A stretch of 32,000 nucleotides of DNA from Candidatus Saccharimonadota bacterium (GTDB taxonomy: Bacteria; Patescibacteriota; Gracilibacteria; UBA4473): NCBI GenBank assembly GCA_963677105.1, contig OY781871.1, positions 150,001 to 182,000 of the forward strand. Reading direction: 5' to 3'. Below are positions 23,881 through 32,000 of the stretch, piece by piece (the first letter of the stretch is position 1; every line of letters starts with the position of its first letter). Both the position numbers and the translations under genes were made by a program. The notes beneath the pieces are model-generated. The model saw only the letters and a list, made by a program, of their open reading frames with translations, searched no databases and was not told the origin of the DNA.

Positions 23881-23957
23881 GCACGTGTAGCTCAGCTGGA
23901 TAGAGCACCGGTCTTCGGAACCGGGTGTCGGGGGTTCGAATCCCTCCACGTGTACCA
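23881..23957 (+). tRNA. tRNA-Arg (anticodon UCG), 77 nt, CCA encoded
   Basis: Manual cloverleaf. Acceptor stem GCACGTG/CACGTGT with a G1.U72 pair. D arm GCTC-AGCTGGATA-GAGC, typical of tRNA-Arg. Anticodon arm CCGGT-CTTCGGA-ACCGG, giving anticodon TCG with G37. Variable loop GTGTC. T arm GGGGG-TTCGAAT-CCCTC. Discriminator A, then CCA. Confidence 0.9.
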
Positions 23958-23967
23958 CATAAAAATT

Positions 23968-23996
23968 AAAACATCCCAATTAAGGGATGTTTTTTA
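23968..23996. terminator. Bidirectional rho-independent terminator between the tRNA (+) and the convergent adhesin gene (-)
   Basis: The stem aaaacatccc / gggatgtttt (10 bp) has a 6-nt loop, aattaa. It is followed by a T-run on the plus strand and by tttaattttt on the minus strand. Confidence 0.7.
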
Positions 23997-24019
23997 TTTG
24001 TGTTCCAATGCTCACGTTC

Positions 24020-26350
24020 CTAATGTAACACCTTAAAGAGGGATGTTTCGAGAAAGTCAACAATAGAAAAGAGAGAATTTTGAAGGTGTCGCAGAACTCT
24101 TTTGAGTGCTGGTCGTTTTACACGAAGCTGACTTTCTTCCAATCGTTCTTTCTGATTTAGGGAAATGTTAGAAAGTGGCTCTTCTATTTTTTCAACACGA
24201 GGGAAGTAGTTATTGAAAGAAGTTTTTTGAAGTGGTGTAACATTTTCTTTTTTTGTCCCAAATATATGTTTGATTTGTTCGAACTTCTCTTGAAGAGAAG
24301 TTTTCTTAGGAGCAGAAGATAGGAGAACATTTTTGTTTCGTTGTTGCATAACAAGCTGTATATCAGATTGTTTATTTGATACACGATATCTTGCCTGTTG
24401 AGGCTCGCTAGAACGCAGATCATCAACAGATACCCGTCCTGACATATATCGTAAAAATTTACTATTGTTCCAGGTGGTGATAATAAATTCTGCAATTCCA
24501 GACTTTCCCTGATTAAACGTTCCCACCTCTGTAAGAGATTTTTCATACTCATCAGCAAATGTATTTTTATCAGTTCCATATCCTGACTGCCTTATTTCCG
24601 ATCTCTCCATCCCTTTATGAAACAGTGCTCCTTTTCCACTTCCATTATTTTCAAGAAGTCCACCAAAATCAGTTAAGTGGAATGTATAAATACGTGTCAT
24701 TTCAAGAGATTCGTCTGAAATCCAACAAGCATTCGGAAAAGAAGGCATTGTTGGTGAAGCAAAATCCCCCGCACACTGAGAAACATTTTCCCAAGCAGAA
24801 GCTCCTGTATAGCGCATAACAATACCGTTATAGAAATTATTGAAAACAACCACAACTGGTGTATCAAAAACATATGTTTCAGTCGTACTTCCCACAGAGA
24901 TTGCTTGTTTTACGGTAAAGTTAGTAGGAACACTTGTAACATCAGTGGTATCAATATTGACTGGTGGAATAATAGAAAAATCGGCATCACTTTCACCAAA
25001 AACAACGGTTTGATTTGGAATTTGGAGTTCTACATCGGAAGTTTCCGTGTGTGTAAGAACAAGATTCTCTTGAGAGGTATTAATTCGTGTTGCCTTTCCA
25101 ATATTTATTCTAGAATTCTTTTTTACATTTACTTTATTAAGAGCCCCAGCTGTATAGGTTTCTAAATCAAAAGTAGTTCCTCCAACGCTAATATCTCTCT
25201 CCTCTCTCGACACAGTGGCCGTCGCGTCAGAAAAATCGACTGTTTTTTCTTCATCAAGAATGATTTTGGAAACATTCGGCAATGCTGATTCTCCCCTTAC
25301 AGAAGAAACAACCTTAACGGTTGCCGGAACCGGCACAAGTACTCTAAAATTTTCTCGGTATGTTGCACCATCTTGATCTACTACTTGGATACAAGCTGTA
25401 TATGAATTCTTCTTATAAAAATTTGTTACTTCTGCTATCTTGAGACTTGTTCCAGCAATGGTAAATTTTTCATTATCTGTTGCGGTACATCCCGATCCTG
25501 TAGAAAGAGTAAAAGTAAACGTATCGCTTGTATTGACATCGGTTGCAGAGAGTGTTCCCACTGTTGTTCCGCTTGGACTATTAGAAGCGATTGATCCTGA
25601 ACTTAACGTAATATCAGTCGGCGTTGAGTTTAAGATAGTTGTTCCACTACTTTTTACCACTGTTCCAGAAGTTGTTCCCGTAGCTGCTACTGGTGTTACT
25701 TCGAATTTAAGGATTGTTCCTACGTCTGCTTGGACCGTAGTATAAGTCTGTGATGTGGCTCCACTTATAGCTACATCATCTCTCAACCATCTAAAAGTTG
25801 AAGTTCCTTCTGCGTCACCATCAAAATCAGTATATGTATAACTTCCTGTTTGAGTCTGACCAACACTAGCTGTCCCTGAAAATGCAACAGAGGAAGCTAC
25901 TGGTGCTAGGTTTAAGATAACTGTCCCACTACTTTTTACTGGTGTTCCTGGAGTTTCTGCTGCAGTTGATACTGGAGTTACTTCGAATGTAAGGGTTGTT
26001 CCTCCATCTGCTTGGACGGTAGTATAAGTTTTTGATGTGGCCCCACTTATAGCTACATCATTTCTCAACCATCTGAAGGTTGAGGTTCCTTCCTGGTCAC
26101 CATCAAGATCAGCATATGTATAGCTTCCTGTTTGGAGCTGACCAACTCTCGCTGTCCCAGAAATTTTGACAGAGTTTGCTATTGGTGGTGTACTACCGTC
26201 ACCATAAGGCGCAGCAGGTTTATGATCATCAAATGGATTAGCATGTGATGGTTCTGATGGTACTTTTATAGCAGAAACATGTTGAAAACAGAACATTCCC
26301 AATAATAAACACGATGAAACCAATATGCGCTTGTTTTTCATTTTAAACAT
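24020..26350 (-). CDS. Secreted adhesin-like protein (776 aa): signal peptide, two tandem 94-aa beta-sandwich repeats, cadherin-like domain, uncharacterised C-terminal half
   Basis: Track ORF. MFKMKNKRILVSSCLLLGMFCFQHVSA is a signal peptide. Repeats follow the pattern SGTA.VGQ.QTGSYTY.D.DGD.EGTSTFRWLR.DVAISGATS.TYTTVQAD.GT.L.FEVTPV. A cadherin-like segment reads TPTDITLSSGSIASNSPSGTTVGTLSATDVNTSDTFTFTLSTGSG..DNEKFTIAGTSLKI...YTACIQVVDQDG. Confidence 0.9.
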   Translation of the reverse strand: MFKMKNKRILVSSCLLLGMFCFQHVSAIKVPSEPSHANPFDDHKPAAPYGDGSTPPIANSVKISGTARVGQLQTGSYTYADLDGDQEGTSTFRWLRNDVAISGATSKTYTTVQADGGTTLTFEVTPVSTAAETPGTPVKSSGTVILNLAPVASSVAFSGTASVGQTQTGSYTYTDFDGDAEGTSTFRWLRDDVAISGATSQTYTTVQADVGTILKFEVTPVAATGTTSGTVVKSSGTTILNSTPTDITLSSGSIASNSPSGTTVGTLSATDVNTSDTFTFTLSTGSGCTATDNEKFTIAGTSLKIAEVTNFYKKNSYTACIQVVDQDGATYRENFRVLVPVPATVKVVSSVRGESALPNVSKIILDEEKTVDFSDATATVSREERDISVGGTTFDLETYTAGALNKVNVKKNSRINIGKATRINTSQENLVLTHTETSDVELQIPNQTVVFGESDADFSIIPPVNIDTTDVTSVPTNFTVKQAISVGSTTETYVFDTPVVVVFNNFYNGIVMRYTGASAWENVSQCAGDFASPTMPSFPNACWISDESLEMTRIYTFHLTDFGGLLENNGSGKGALFHKGMERSEIRQSGYGTDKNTFADEYEKSLTEVGTFNQGKSGIAEFIITTWNNSKFLRYMSGRVSVDDLRSSEPQQARYRVSNKQSDIQLVMQQRNKNVLLSSAPKKTSLQEKFEQIKHIFGTKKENVTPLQKTSFNNYFPRVEKIEEPLSNISLNQKERLEESQLRVKRPALKRVLRHLQNSLFSIVDFLETSLFKVLH
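25616..26179 (-). repeat. Tandem duplication (2 x 282 nt, 2 x 94 aa) inside the adhesin gene
   Basis: Unit 1 is 25898..26179 and unit 2 is 25616..25897. They align along their full length at protein level and share long identical nucleotide runs, for example ccacttatagctacatcat and gtagtataagt. Confidence 0.9.
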
Positions 26351-26541
26351 TAAGCAATTTTAAACTAATTATAGAAAGAAACTATAAGCATTAATATTGT
26401 AAGAGTCATTACTATTGATGTCTAATAAATAATATTAATACTATGACGGTTCAGGCGAATATTTAAGGACGATTCTAATCTATTCCAACTGCGCCTATCA
26501 TATGAAAATAAAAACGAAGTTATTTTATTATATCAAGGATA

Positions 26542-26570
26542 TTGACTGTTTCATAAAAATAGCGTAAAGT
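26542..26570 (+). promoter_or_regulatory. Candidate promoter (-35 TTGACT, 17-nt spacer, -10 TAAAGT) ending 7 nt before ATG 26578. This would imply a leaderless or very short-leader mRNA.
   Basis: TTGACT at 26542..26547 and TAAAGT at 26565..26570. No properly spaced Shine-Dalgarno sequence is present. Confidence 0.35.
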
Positions 26571-26577
26571 ACATAGG

Positions 26578-26841
26578 ATGGAAGAAAAAAAAACATATGA
26601 CGAAAGAAGACGCTTGGAAGATCATAAAGCGAATTACGCAGCATTAAAACCTGAAGAAAAAGAAAAGAGAGGAAATTGTAAATTGTGTGCAGATGTTACC
26701 TGTTTATGCAATGTAACAGAAAAAGCCGTTCTTGCAGCACTTGAAAAAGATGGTCCAGATGGTAAAAACGTAGAACAATTTACCTGTCCGAAATCAAAAG
26801 AAGACACATTAATAAGAGATAGCTTAAAAAGTCTTGAATAA
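26578..26841 (+). CDS. Small hypothetical protein (87 aa), charged N-terminus, CxxC-x5-CxC cysteine cluster
   Basis: Track ORF. MEEKKTYDERRRLEDHKANYAALKPEEKEKRGNCKLCADVTCLCNV... I recognise no family. Confidence 0.6.
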   Translation: MEEKKTYDERRRLEDHKANYAALKPEEKEKRGNCKLCADVTCLCNVTEKAVLAALEKDGPDGKNVEQFTCPKSKEDTLIRDSLKSLE

Positions 26842-26878
26842 AAATTATTTTAAAACACTTTAAAACTTAATTCTTTAG

Positions 26879-28489
26879 TTACTCCATTTCCCTAAATATT
26901 TCCTGAAATATTTCTTGTTCTTGTAATCGTTGTTTTCCAAGTTTTTTAGGGCGAACACGATTCATCATGAATTTCTGAAATGCGAGCACAAAACGCTCTA
27001 ACTGAGAAAACAACAAAGAGAAATGAACCTCTCTTTTCCCCTGAGACCCATCACTTTCTCTGGTAAACCAATTTCTATAAAATCTTTTAGCAGGATAACG
27101 ACTTTCTGGGGTAACAAGTGATTCTATATAATTTTTAATTTTTTCTACCAACGGAAGAAGTGCTGGATTTTCATTTGCATCAAGAATCATTCCTAATTCC
27201 TGAAAACAAGACTGTCCTTCTGGTGAACCATCATGCGTTTCTGAAAAGTTTCCTGATCCAATGACGGCACACGTTTTATTTAAAACCATCGCCTTCAAAT
27301 GAATCATTCTTCTGGCAAATTTAACACCTATATTGGGCGGCACTTCCTTTTGAGATTCAAGAATAAAATCCATCCAATAAGAAATTATTTCATTATTCTC
27401 TGATGCTCCGTTTAATCCTCCTTTAAATCCTTTATTTATTCTTCTTGATAATTCCCAAAGAAAATGTCTCGTCCTGTCTTTTGACCAATTTGAAACTTCT
27501 GGAATAACTACCTCTACATTTCCTGCTTTTTCCAGTGCTTCTATTATCTCAATATCTCCTAAATATGGACAAGTCATTAAAATCTCTTCATGATATTTTT
27601 TCATTGTTTGGGTTACTGCATCACTGTAGGATTCTCCTTCTTTCGTGGAGGAATTTGATAAAACTTTTATACCCAATGATGTATCACTCGCCACCTTATC
27701 ATTCGCACACAAAGAATTTTTTAACAATTCTAATATTTTCTCATCCTGAATATTCAGCATTCCATCTGCCCAATTATCAGGCGTATATCCTTCTGGCGAA
27801 TCTTCTTTAAATTCCTGTCCCAAAACCACTCCTCCCACAAATGCTTGTAATGGTTCACCATTTTCGTCCACTTTTAAAATAAGCTTAGAATGATCATATC
27901 TTTTTTCTTTTGTAACTTGGCACTGCCCTGTTTTAATAAAACTCTCTAATTTCAGCCAAAGATCTCTCGATTCTTCTAAAAAACAATCATTTGGACGAGG
28001 TTTTTCATAAAAATTACGCATGGCTTCTGCCGCCATTTTTTGCGTTTGTCGAGATAAAATCTTACGCACATTCTTAGTCGGCGTTTCTGGAAAAAATGAA
28101 TATCCTGTCGAATCCCCTAACTCAAAAGGAATTCCCATATCATCTTTGAAAATTATTACTTTTGCTCCATTTTCTAACGCCTGCAAACAAGCCTTCGCCA
28201 TTTGATTTCCTACTTCATCCGCTCTCCAGGTTTGCATTTTTATTACCACAGTTTGACCTTCTTCTGCAGTTTTGATGGACTGTTCCATCGCATCTAAAGC
28301 AGAATTACTTTCCAAGAAATCAATCTCCATTTCCCCCTCTTTACTCATTGTGCCTTTTATATCATAAAATACAGAAAAAACAATACTTTGAATAAAAATC
28401 AATATTAATTTCATAAATATTGAATGTTTCTCGTTTTGACTATTGATTAAATCCTCTTTTTGAGGTATAATTTCTAGATTTTTTGACAT
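26879..28489 (-). CDS. Phospholipase D superfamily protein with two HKD-like motifs and an N-terminal TM segment
   Basis: Track ORF. Motif 1 is YDHSKLILKVD...FVGGVVLG. Motif 2 is IHLKAMVLNKTCAVIGSGNF, matching HxK(x)4[D->N](x)6GSxN. The hydrophobic segment is MKLILIFIQSIVFSVFY. An alternative start lies at M26 (28414). Confidence 0.7.
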   Translation of the reverse strand: MSKNLEIIPQKEDLINSQNEKHSIFMKLILIFIQSIVFSVFYDIKGTMSKEGEMEIDFLESNSALDAMEQSIKTAEEGQTVVIKMQTWRADEVGNQMAKACLQALENGAKVIIFKDDMGIPFELGDSTGYSFFPETPTKNVRKILSRQTQKMAAEAMRNFYEKPRPNDCFLEESRDLWLKLESFIKTGQCQVTKEKRYDHSKLILKVDENGEPLQAFVGGVVLGQEFKEDSPEGYTPDNWADGMLNIQDEKILELLKNSLCANDKVASDTSLGIKVLSNSSTKEGESYSDAVTQTMKKYHEEILMTCPYLGDIEIIEALEKAGNVEVVIPEVSNWSKDRTRHFLWELSRRINKGFKGGLNGASENNEIISYWMDFILESQKEVPPNIGVKFARRMIHLKAMVLNKTCAVIGSGNFSETHDGSPEGQSCFQELGMILDANENPALLPLVEKIKNYIESLVTPESRYPAKRFYRNWFTRESDGSQGKREVHFSLLFSQLERFVLAFQKFMMNRVRPKKLGKQRLQEQEIFQEIFREME

Positions 28490-28493
28490 TCAA

Positions 28494-30536
28494 ATGAAAA
28501 AATTCTTCTGGTTTCTCGTTGGACTAACGGCTACAGAGCTCGTTATGAAAAAACTAAAAAAACATTCTCGATCAAATCGAGGATATGGAATGATTATACG
28601 CACATCCAAAGAAAGTACGCCTCAGAAAAATTTATTTTTTACATCAAAACAAATTTCACCAAAAAACGTACATCATTCTTGGAAACGGTTTTTTAGAACC
28701 GAACCAACTGCAATTGCTTTAATTGGATTGGCACTCGTTATGATTTTGTTTCAGGGACGAATGCAGAAGTTCTCAAATTATTTTCAAGCAAGCCTTATTG
28801 AATGGGAACAAAACGCAGAACCCTTTAATGGGACTGTAAATCCAATTGAAAAAGTTCCGAATTGGGTCGCACTATCTGATACAGAACGTGTTATGGATTT
28901 TGATCAACTTTCGGAAAGTAAAAAAATATTTCTTCCAGAATACAATCTGGCAGCAATGAAAATTGGAATGACATGGCGACGTGACAATGAATTGGAACGA
29001 AATACTTATATCACATATCCCGTACCAAATCTTGGAAACTATCAGCTTGATGCAACAGAAAACTCTGGATCTCACACCGGACTTGATATCAAAACTCTTG
29101 TCGGAACTCCCGTACATTCTATTTCTCGTGGAGTAGTTATTAAGTCAGAAAACCAACCTACTGGATTTGGACAATTTATTGTTGTTATGCATGTAGATGT
29201 ACCAGATCCTGAAAATCCGGGACAAAAAACAAAACTCTTTTCTGTCTACGCACATCTTTCATCTCGAAATGTACAACCCGGTGACAAGGTAGAAAAGGGT
29301 GAAGTAATTGGAAAAACTGGAATGTCAGGAATGGCAACAGCACCACATCTTCATTTTCAAATTGATCGCGAAGATGCTCCATTTCATCCATATTGGCCGT
29401 TTACTTGGAAAGACCTTCGTTCCACAAATATTAACTCTTATTTTGATGCCGTAAAATACGGAGTAAATGCTGATCGTGCAGCAATATATACTGTACATCC
29501 AATGCAACTCGTTGCTCAAAATCAAAATTATGATATTCAAAATATGATTGTATCTGCTGATCCTACATTTATTCCTGAACCAACAGAAACTGTTGACACA
29601 AATACGAACGAAAATGAAGTTGAACAAACGCACGCATCATCTCCTCTTCATATAGATGATTCAACTCGAACAACTACATACTCTGAATTTACTACATCAG
29701 ACGGACGTCGTACACGACTACAAAATGGAGAAACAATAAAAATTGAAACTGATCGAACATTCCGTCCCGGAACGGACGAGATTTTTGATGTAATTATTGA
29801 TGAAGATTCTCTCGTCGCAAATGCTGGAATTGAAATTGGAACAACACTTCAAGACTTTGTTGAAGTTGAACCTCAAGTCCTCACAAAAAATGACTTCAAA
29901 AATGGTGTCGCTCAAGTTTCTGTAAAAACTAAATCAAACAATGCATTTAAACTTATTGCAAAAGGAACATTTGGGGAAATACGATCCCAAAGTCTTCGTG
30001 CTCAAATTTTCAGCGATGTACCTGCTTCACATAAAAACCAAGAAGCAATCGCTTTTGTACAGGAGAAAAAAATTATGAATGGATATGGAGATGAATCATT
30101 TAAACCTGACGGCGAGTTAAATCGAGCGGAAGCCGTAAAAATTCTCATCACAGCAAATGAACTTTCTCTTCTTCCTGCTGAAGTCATATTCTCAGATGTT
30201 GATCCAAGTGCTTGGTTTTCACCATATGTCGCAACTGCCCACGCTCGAGGACTTGTAAAAGGATATGGAAATGGACAATTCAAACCAGGAAATACTATTT
30301 CTCGTGCTGAATTCTTAAAAATTGCTCTTGTAGCAGCTTCTATTGAATTGCCAGTAACATTTAATAAACCTTATCCTGACATAAATACTGAAGAATGGTT
30401 TGCGCCATATTTCTCTATCTCTGCAAAACACAATCTTCTTCCTACTCTTCGTGGAGGAAAAATAGCTCCACATCAAGCAATTACTCGTAGCGAAGCAGCA
30501 AATATTATTTGGAAGATTCTTCAAATGAAAAAATAA
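28494..30536 (+). CDS. M23 family metallopeptidase with three C-terminal SLH (S-layer homology) domains
   Basis: Track ORF. M23 motifs: GSHTGLDIKTLVGTPVHSISRGVV and GMSGMATAPHLHFQI. SLH-like repeats: FSDVPASHKNQEAIAFVQEKKIMNGYGDESFKPDGELNRAEAVKIL, FSDVDPSAWFSPYVATAHARGLVKGYGNGQFKPGNTISRAEFLKIAL, and YPDINTEEWFAPYFSISAKHNLL...ITRSEAANIIWKIL. Confidence 0.88.
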   Translation: MKKFFWFLVGLTATELVMKKLKKHSRSNRGYGMIIRTSKESTPQKNLFFTSKQISPKNVHHSWKRFFRTEPTAIALIGLALVMILFQGRMQKFSNYFQASLIEWEQNAEPFNGTVNPIEKVPNWVALSDTERVMDFDQLSESKKIFLPEYNLAAMKIGMTWRRDNELERNTYITYPVPNLGNYQLDATENSGSHTGLDIKTLVGTPVHSISRGVVIKSENQPTGFGQFIVVMHVDVPDPENPGQKTKLFSVYAHLSSRNVQPGDKVEKGEVIGKTGMSGMATAPHLHFQIDREDAPFHPYWPFTWKDLRSTNINSYFDAVKYGVNADRAAIYTVHPMQLVAQNQNYDIQNMIVSADPTFIPEPTETVDTNTNENEVEQTHASSPLHIDDSTRTTTYSEFTTSDGRRTRLQNGETIKIETDRTFRPGTDEIFDVIIDEDSLVANAGIEIGTTLQDFVEVEPQVLTKNDFKNGVAQVSVKTKSNNAFKLIAKGTFGEIRSQSLRAQIFSDVPASHKNQEAIAFVQEKKIMNGYGDESFKPDGELNRAEAVKILITANELSLLPAEVIFSDVDPSAWFSPYVATAHARGLVKGYGNGQFKPGNTISRAEFLKIALVAASIELPVTFNKPYPDINTEEWFAPYFSISAKHNLLPTLRGGKIAPHQAITRSEAANIIWKILQMKK

Positions 30537-30607
30537 ATACGACAGGAATATGTTGTTTTTAGTCACAATTTGACCCAAGCAACATTTTCTTGTAAAAAGG
30601 CAGAGTA

Positions 30608-31471
30608 ATGAAAATATTATTGTTAGGTCTGACTCTGTTATTTCCAATATTGTGTGGAGCAACAAATAATTCTCTTGAATTTGAACTGATCAGAACTCCT
30701 GAGACACCAGGGTTTTTTGCTGTTACAATTTTTCCAACAAAAGATGCTCAACCAATTCAAAAAAATATTACATTTGTAAAAAATTTCACAAAAAAAGAAT
30801 CCCCTATCTACAATCCCGTTATTAATTTTCTCACTGAACTGGGAGCAAATGTACTCGATGACTTTCCTGAAACAAGTAGAACAACTCAAGTTGTGACTCT
30901 TGGAGAGCCACTTCCAAATAGTAAAAATTTTTCTACTCACGACAAAAAAAATTCTCTTGAACAATTCGAAAAATTTTCCTTACAGAATCTAAAACCCGTA
31001 TTTTTCAAAAATTTACGAGCAGAATTTGGAGGAAATATATTTGATGTATCACAATCCCAAAAAAACATAACAGATGACCAAGGAGTAACCTTCATTGGAA
31101 AATTTAAAGAAGATATACGCACCAGAATGGCACTTTTCGCAGATGATAAAAATAGCTTATTACACTTTGAAACTCCCTTAAATTTATCAAATAAAGAACT
31201 TTCTCATTCTCCGCTAGCAAAAGAATTACCACAACTTTGGGAACAACTACATCAACCAGAATTGCTTCCCAAGGAAGCAGATCTTTCATTATTTCCTTGG
31301 ATTCTTGGTGGATTAGGACTGCTTCTTTTTGTGATTATATTTATTCGTAACGCACAAAAAAAATATAATACATTTATGGAAGAGCAAAATATGACACAAG
31401 AAGAATTTCCTTGGAAAACTATTTCTAAAAAAGAAGAAAGTGTTTCGAGCAACCCATTTGAAGTTGAATAA
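30608..31471 (+). CDS. Hypothetical exported protein (287 aa) with signal peptide and C-terminal TM anchor
   Basis: Track ORF. MKILLLGLTLLFPILCGA is a signal peptide. The TM segment is LFPWILGGLGLLLFVIIFI, followed by RNAQKK. I recognise no family. Confidence 0.75.
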   Translation: MKILLLGLTLLFPILCGATNNSLEFELIRTPETPGFFAVTIFPTKDAQPIQKNITFVKNFTKKESPIYNPVINFLTELGANVLDDFPETSRTTQVVTLGEPLPNSKNFSTHDKKNSLEQFEKFSLQNLKPVFFKNLRAEFGGNIFDVSQSQKNITDDQGVTFIGKFKEDIRTRMALFADDKNSLLHFETPLNLSNKELSHSPLAKELPQLWEQLHQPELLPKEADLSLFPWILGGLGLLLFVIIFIRNAQKKYNTFMEEQNMTQEEFPWKTISKKEESVSSNPFEVE

Positions 31472-31516
31472 AAAAAACATTCCATGTTTGATATTTGTGG
31501 TTTTTAATTTGAACTT

Positions 31517-32000
31517 TTAAGCAGCGCGCCTGCACTCCGGATTCTCCTCTTTTTTCGACCACACACCTTTTTTCAAACTTTTTGCCATATTGTGATACAA
31601 CCGAAACTCCTCTTTTCGTGAAAATGGAAAATAAAAATATCCACGCGCAAGTCCTGATTTCAAAAGTTCGGCCGTCGTATCAATTCCTTCTTCTGTAAAT
31701 GGATAAGCTAATCTCCGTCCATATTTATCTTTTTTATCACTCAACGGATCAAATATAAGACAAACTTTTTTACCACCTTTGAACACTTTTTTTGTCCATT
31801 CGCTTGCTTCAGGACCACAGAATTGAACTGGTTTTTTCGGATGAACCGTTTCTGGCGTATCAATTCCCACAAACCGAACTCTTGTGTCGTCGCCTAAAAT
31901 AATTGTATCTCCATCAGAAACACTTTTTATCTCAAACCATTTACATTTTTTGGGGAAATTTTTGGCGGCAAAATCTTCTACAATAATGTCATCAAATGTT
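31517..32000 (-). CDS. Thermonuclease (staphylococcal nuclease-like, SNase fold), truncated at its 5' end by the window edge
   Basis: The track ORF 31517..31870 starts at an internal Met. Manual upstream translation stays open to position 32000: TFDDIIVEDFAAKNFPKKCKWFEIKSVSDGDTIILGDDTRVRFVGIDTPETVHP... Downstream motifs include DKYGRRLAY and ELLKSGLARGY, which are SNase hallmarks. Confidence 0.85.
   Translation of the reverse strand, partial: TFDDIIVEDFAAKNFPKKCKWFEIKSVSDGDTIILGDDTRVRFVGIDTPETVHPKKPVQFCGPEASEWTKKVFKGGKKVCLIFDPLSDKKDKYGRRLAYPFTEEGIDTTAELLKSGLARGYFYFPFSRKEEFRLYHNMAKSLKKGVWSKKEENPECRRAA

Noticed and set aside
23881-23957. The tRNA-Arg as an integration site marking the fibre locus as a genomic island.
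   Set aside because: The locus lies on the 5' side of the tRNA, whereas integrative elements normally insert at the 3' end. No integrase is present, and I found no direct repeat of the tRNA 3' end in the window.
31473-31492. A possible terminator hairpin (aaacat-tcc-atgttt) between the convergent genes at 31471 and 31517.
   Set aside because: The stem is only 6 bp and AT-rich, the loop is 3 nt, and no adjacent T-run follows. It is too weak to call.

Overview
Low-GC bacterial sequence read with the standard genetic code: all long ORFs close on TAA or TGA, so no recoding is needed. About 72% of the window (1..23090, minus strand) is one co-directional, tightly packed locus. It encodes six very large secreted proteins of 1171, 1560, 1775, 850, ~476-491 and >1753 aa, plus a small repeat-containing ORF or structured element. 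The proteins are built from motifs I recognise from phage tail fibres and trimeric adhesins: many 'GNVGIGTxxP..L.V.G' repeats, 'SPTFTG..PTAPT...T.IATTAFV', and a YadA-head-like 'SHAEG' array. These are combined with cysteine-rich N-terminal regions. Three consecutive proteins end in a conserved Cys-containing domain finishing '...ACCK'. The last gene of the locus has no stop in the window, so it is missing from the ORF track. I recovered it by hand as a Cys-rich plus FG-GAP/VCBS propeller protein. Upstream of the locus lies a 790-bp extremely AT-rich non-coding region with palindromic operator-like sites, then tRNA-Arg(UCG) with a bidirectional terminator. The remaining ~8 kb encodes a signal-peptide adhesin (tandem beta-sandwich repeats plus a cadherin-like domain), a small Cys-containing protein, a PLD-superfamily (double HKD-like) protein, an M23 peptidase with three C-terminal SLH domains, a membrane-anchored hypothetical protein, and a thermonuclease truncated by the window edge. 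No integrase, transposase, CRISPR array, reverse transcriptase or phage virion genes are visible. My main hypothesis is a cell-surface multi-fibre attachment locus built from tail-fibre-like modules. All functional calls rest on motif recognition by eye, not on database searches.
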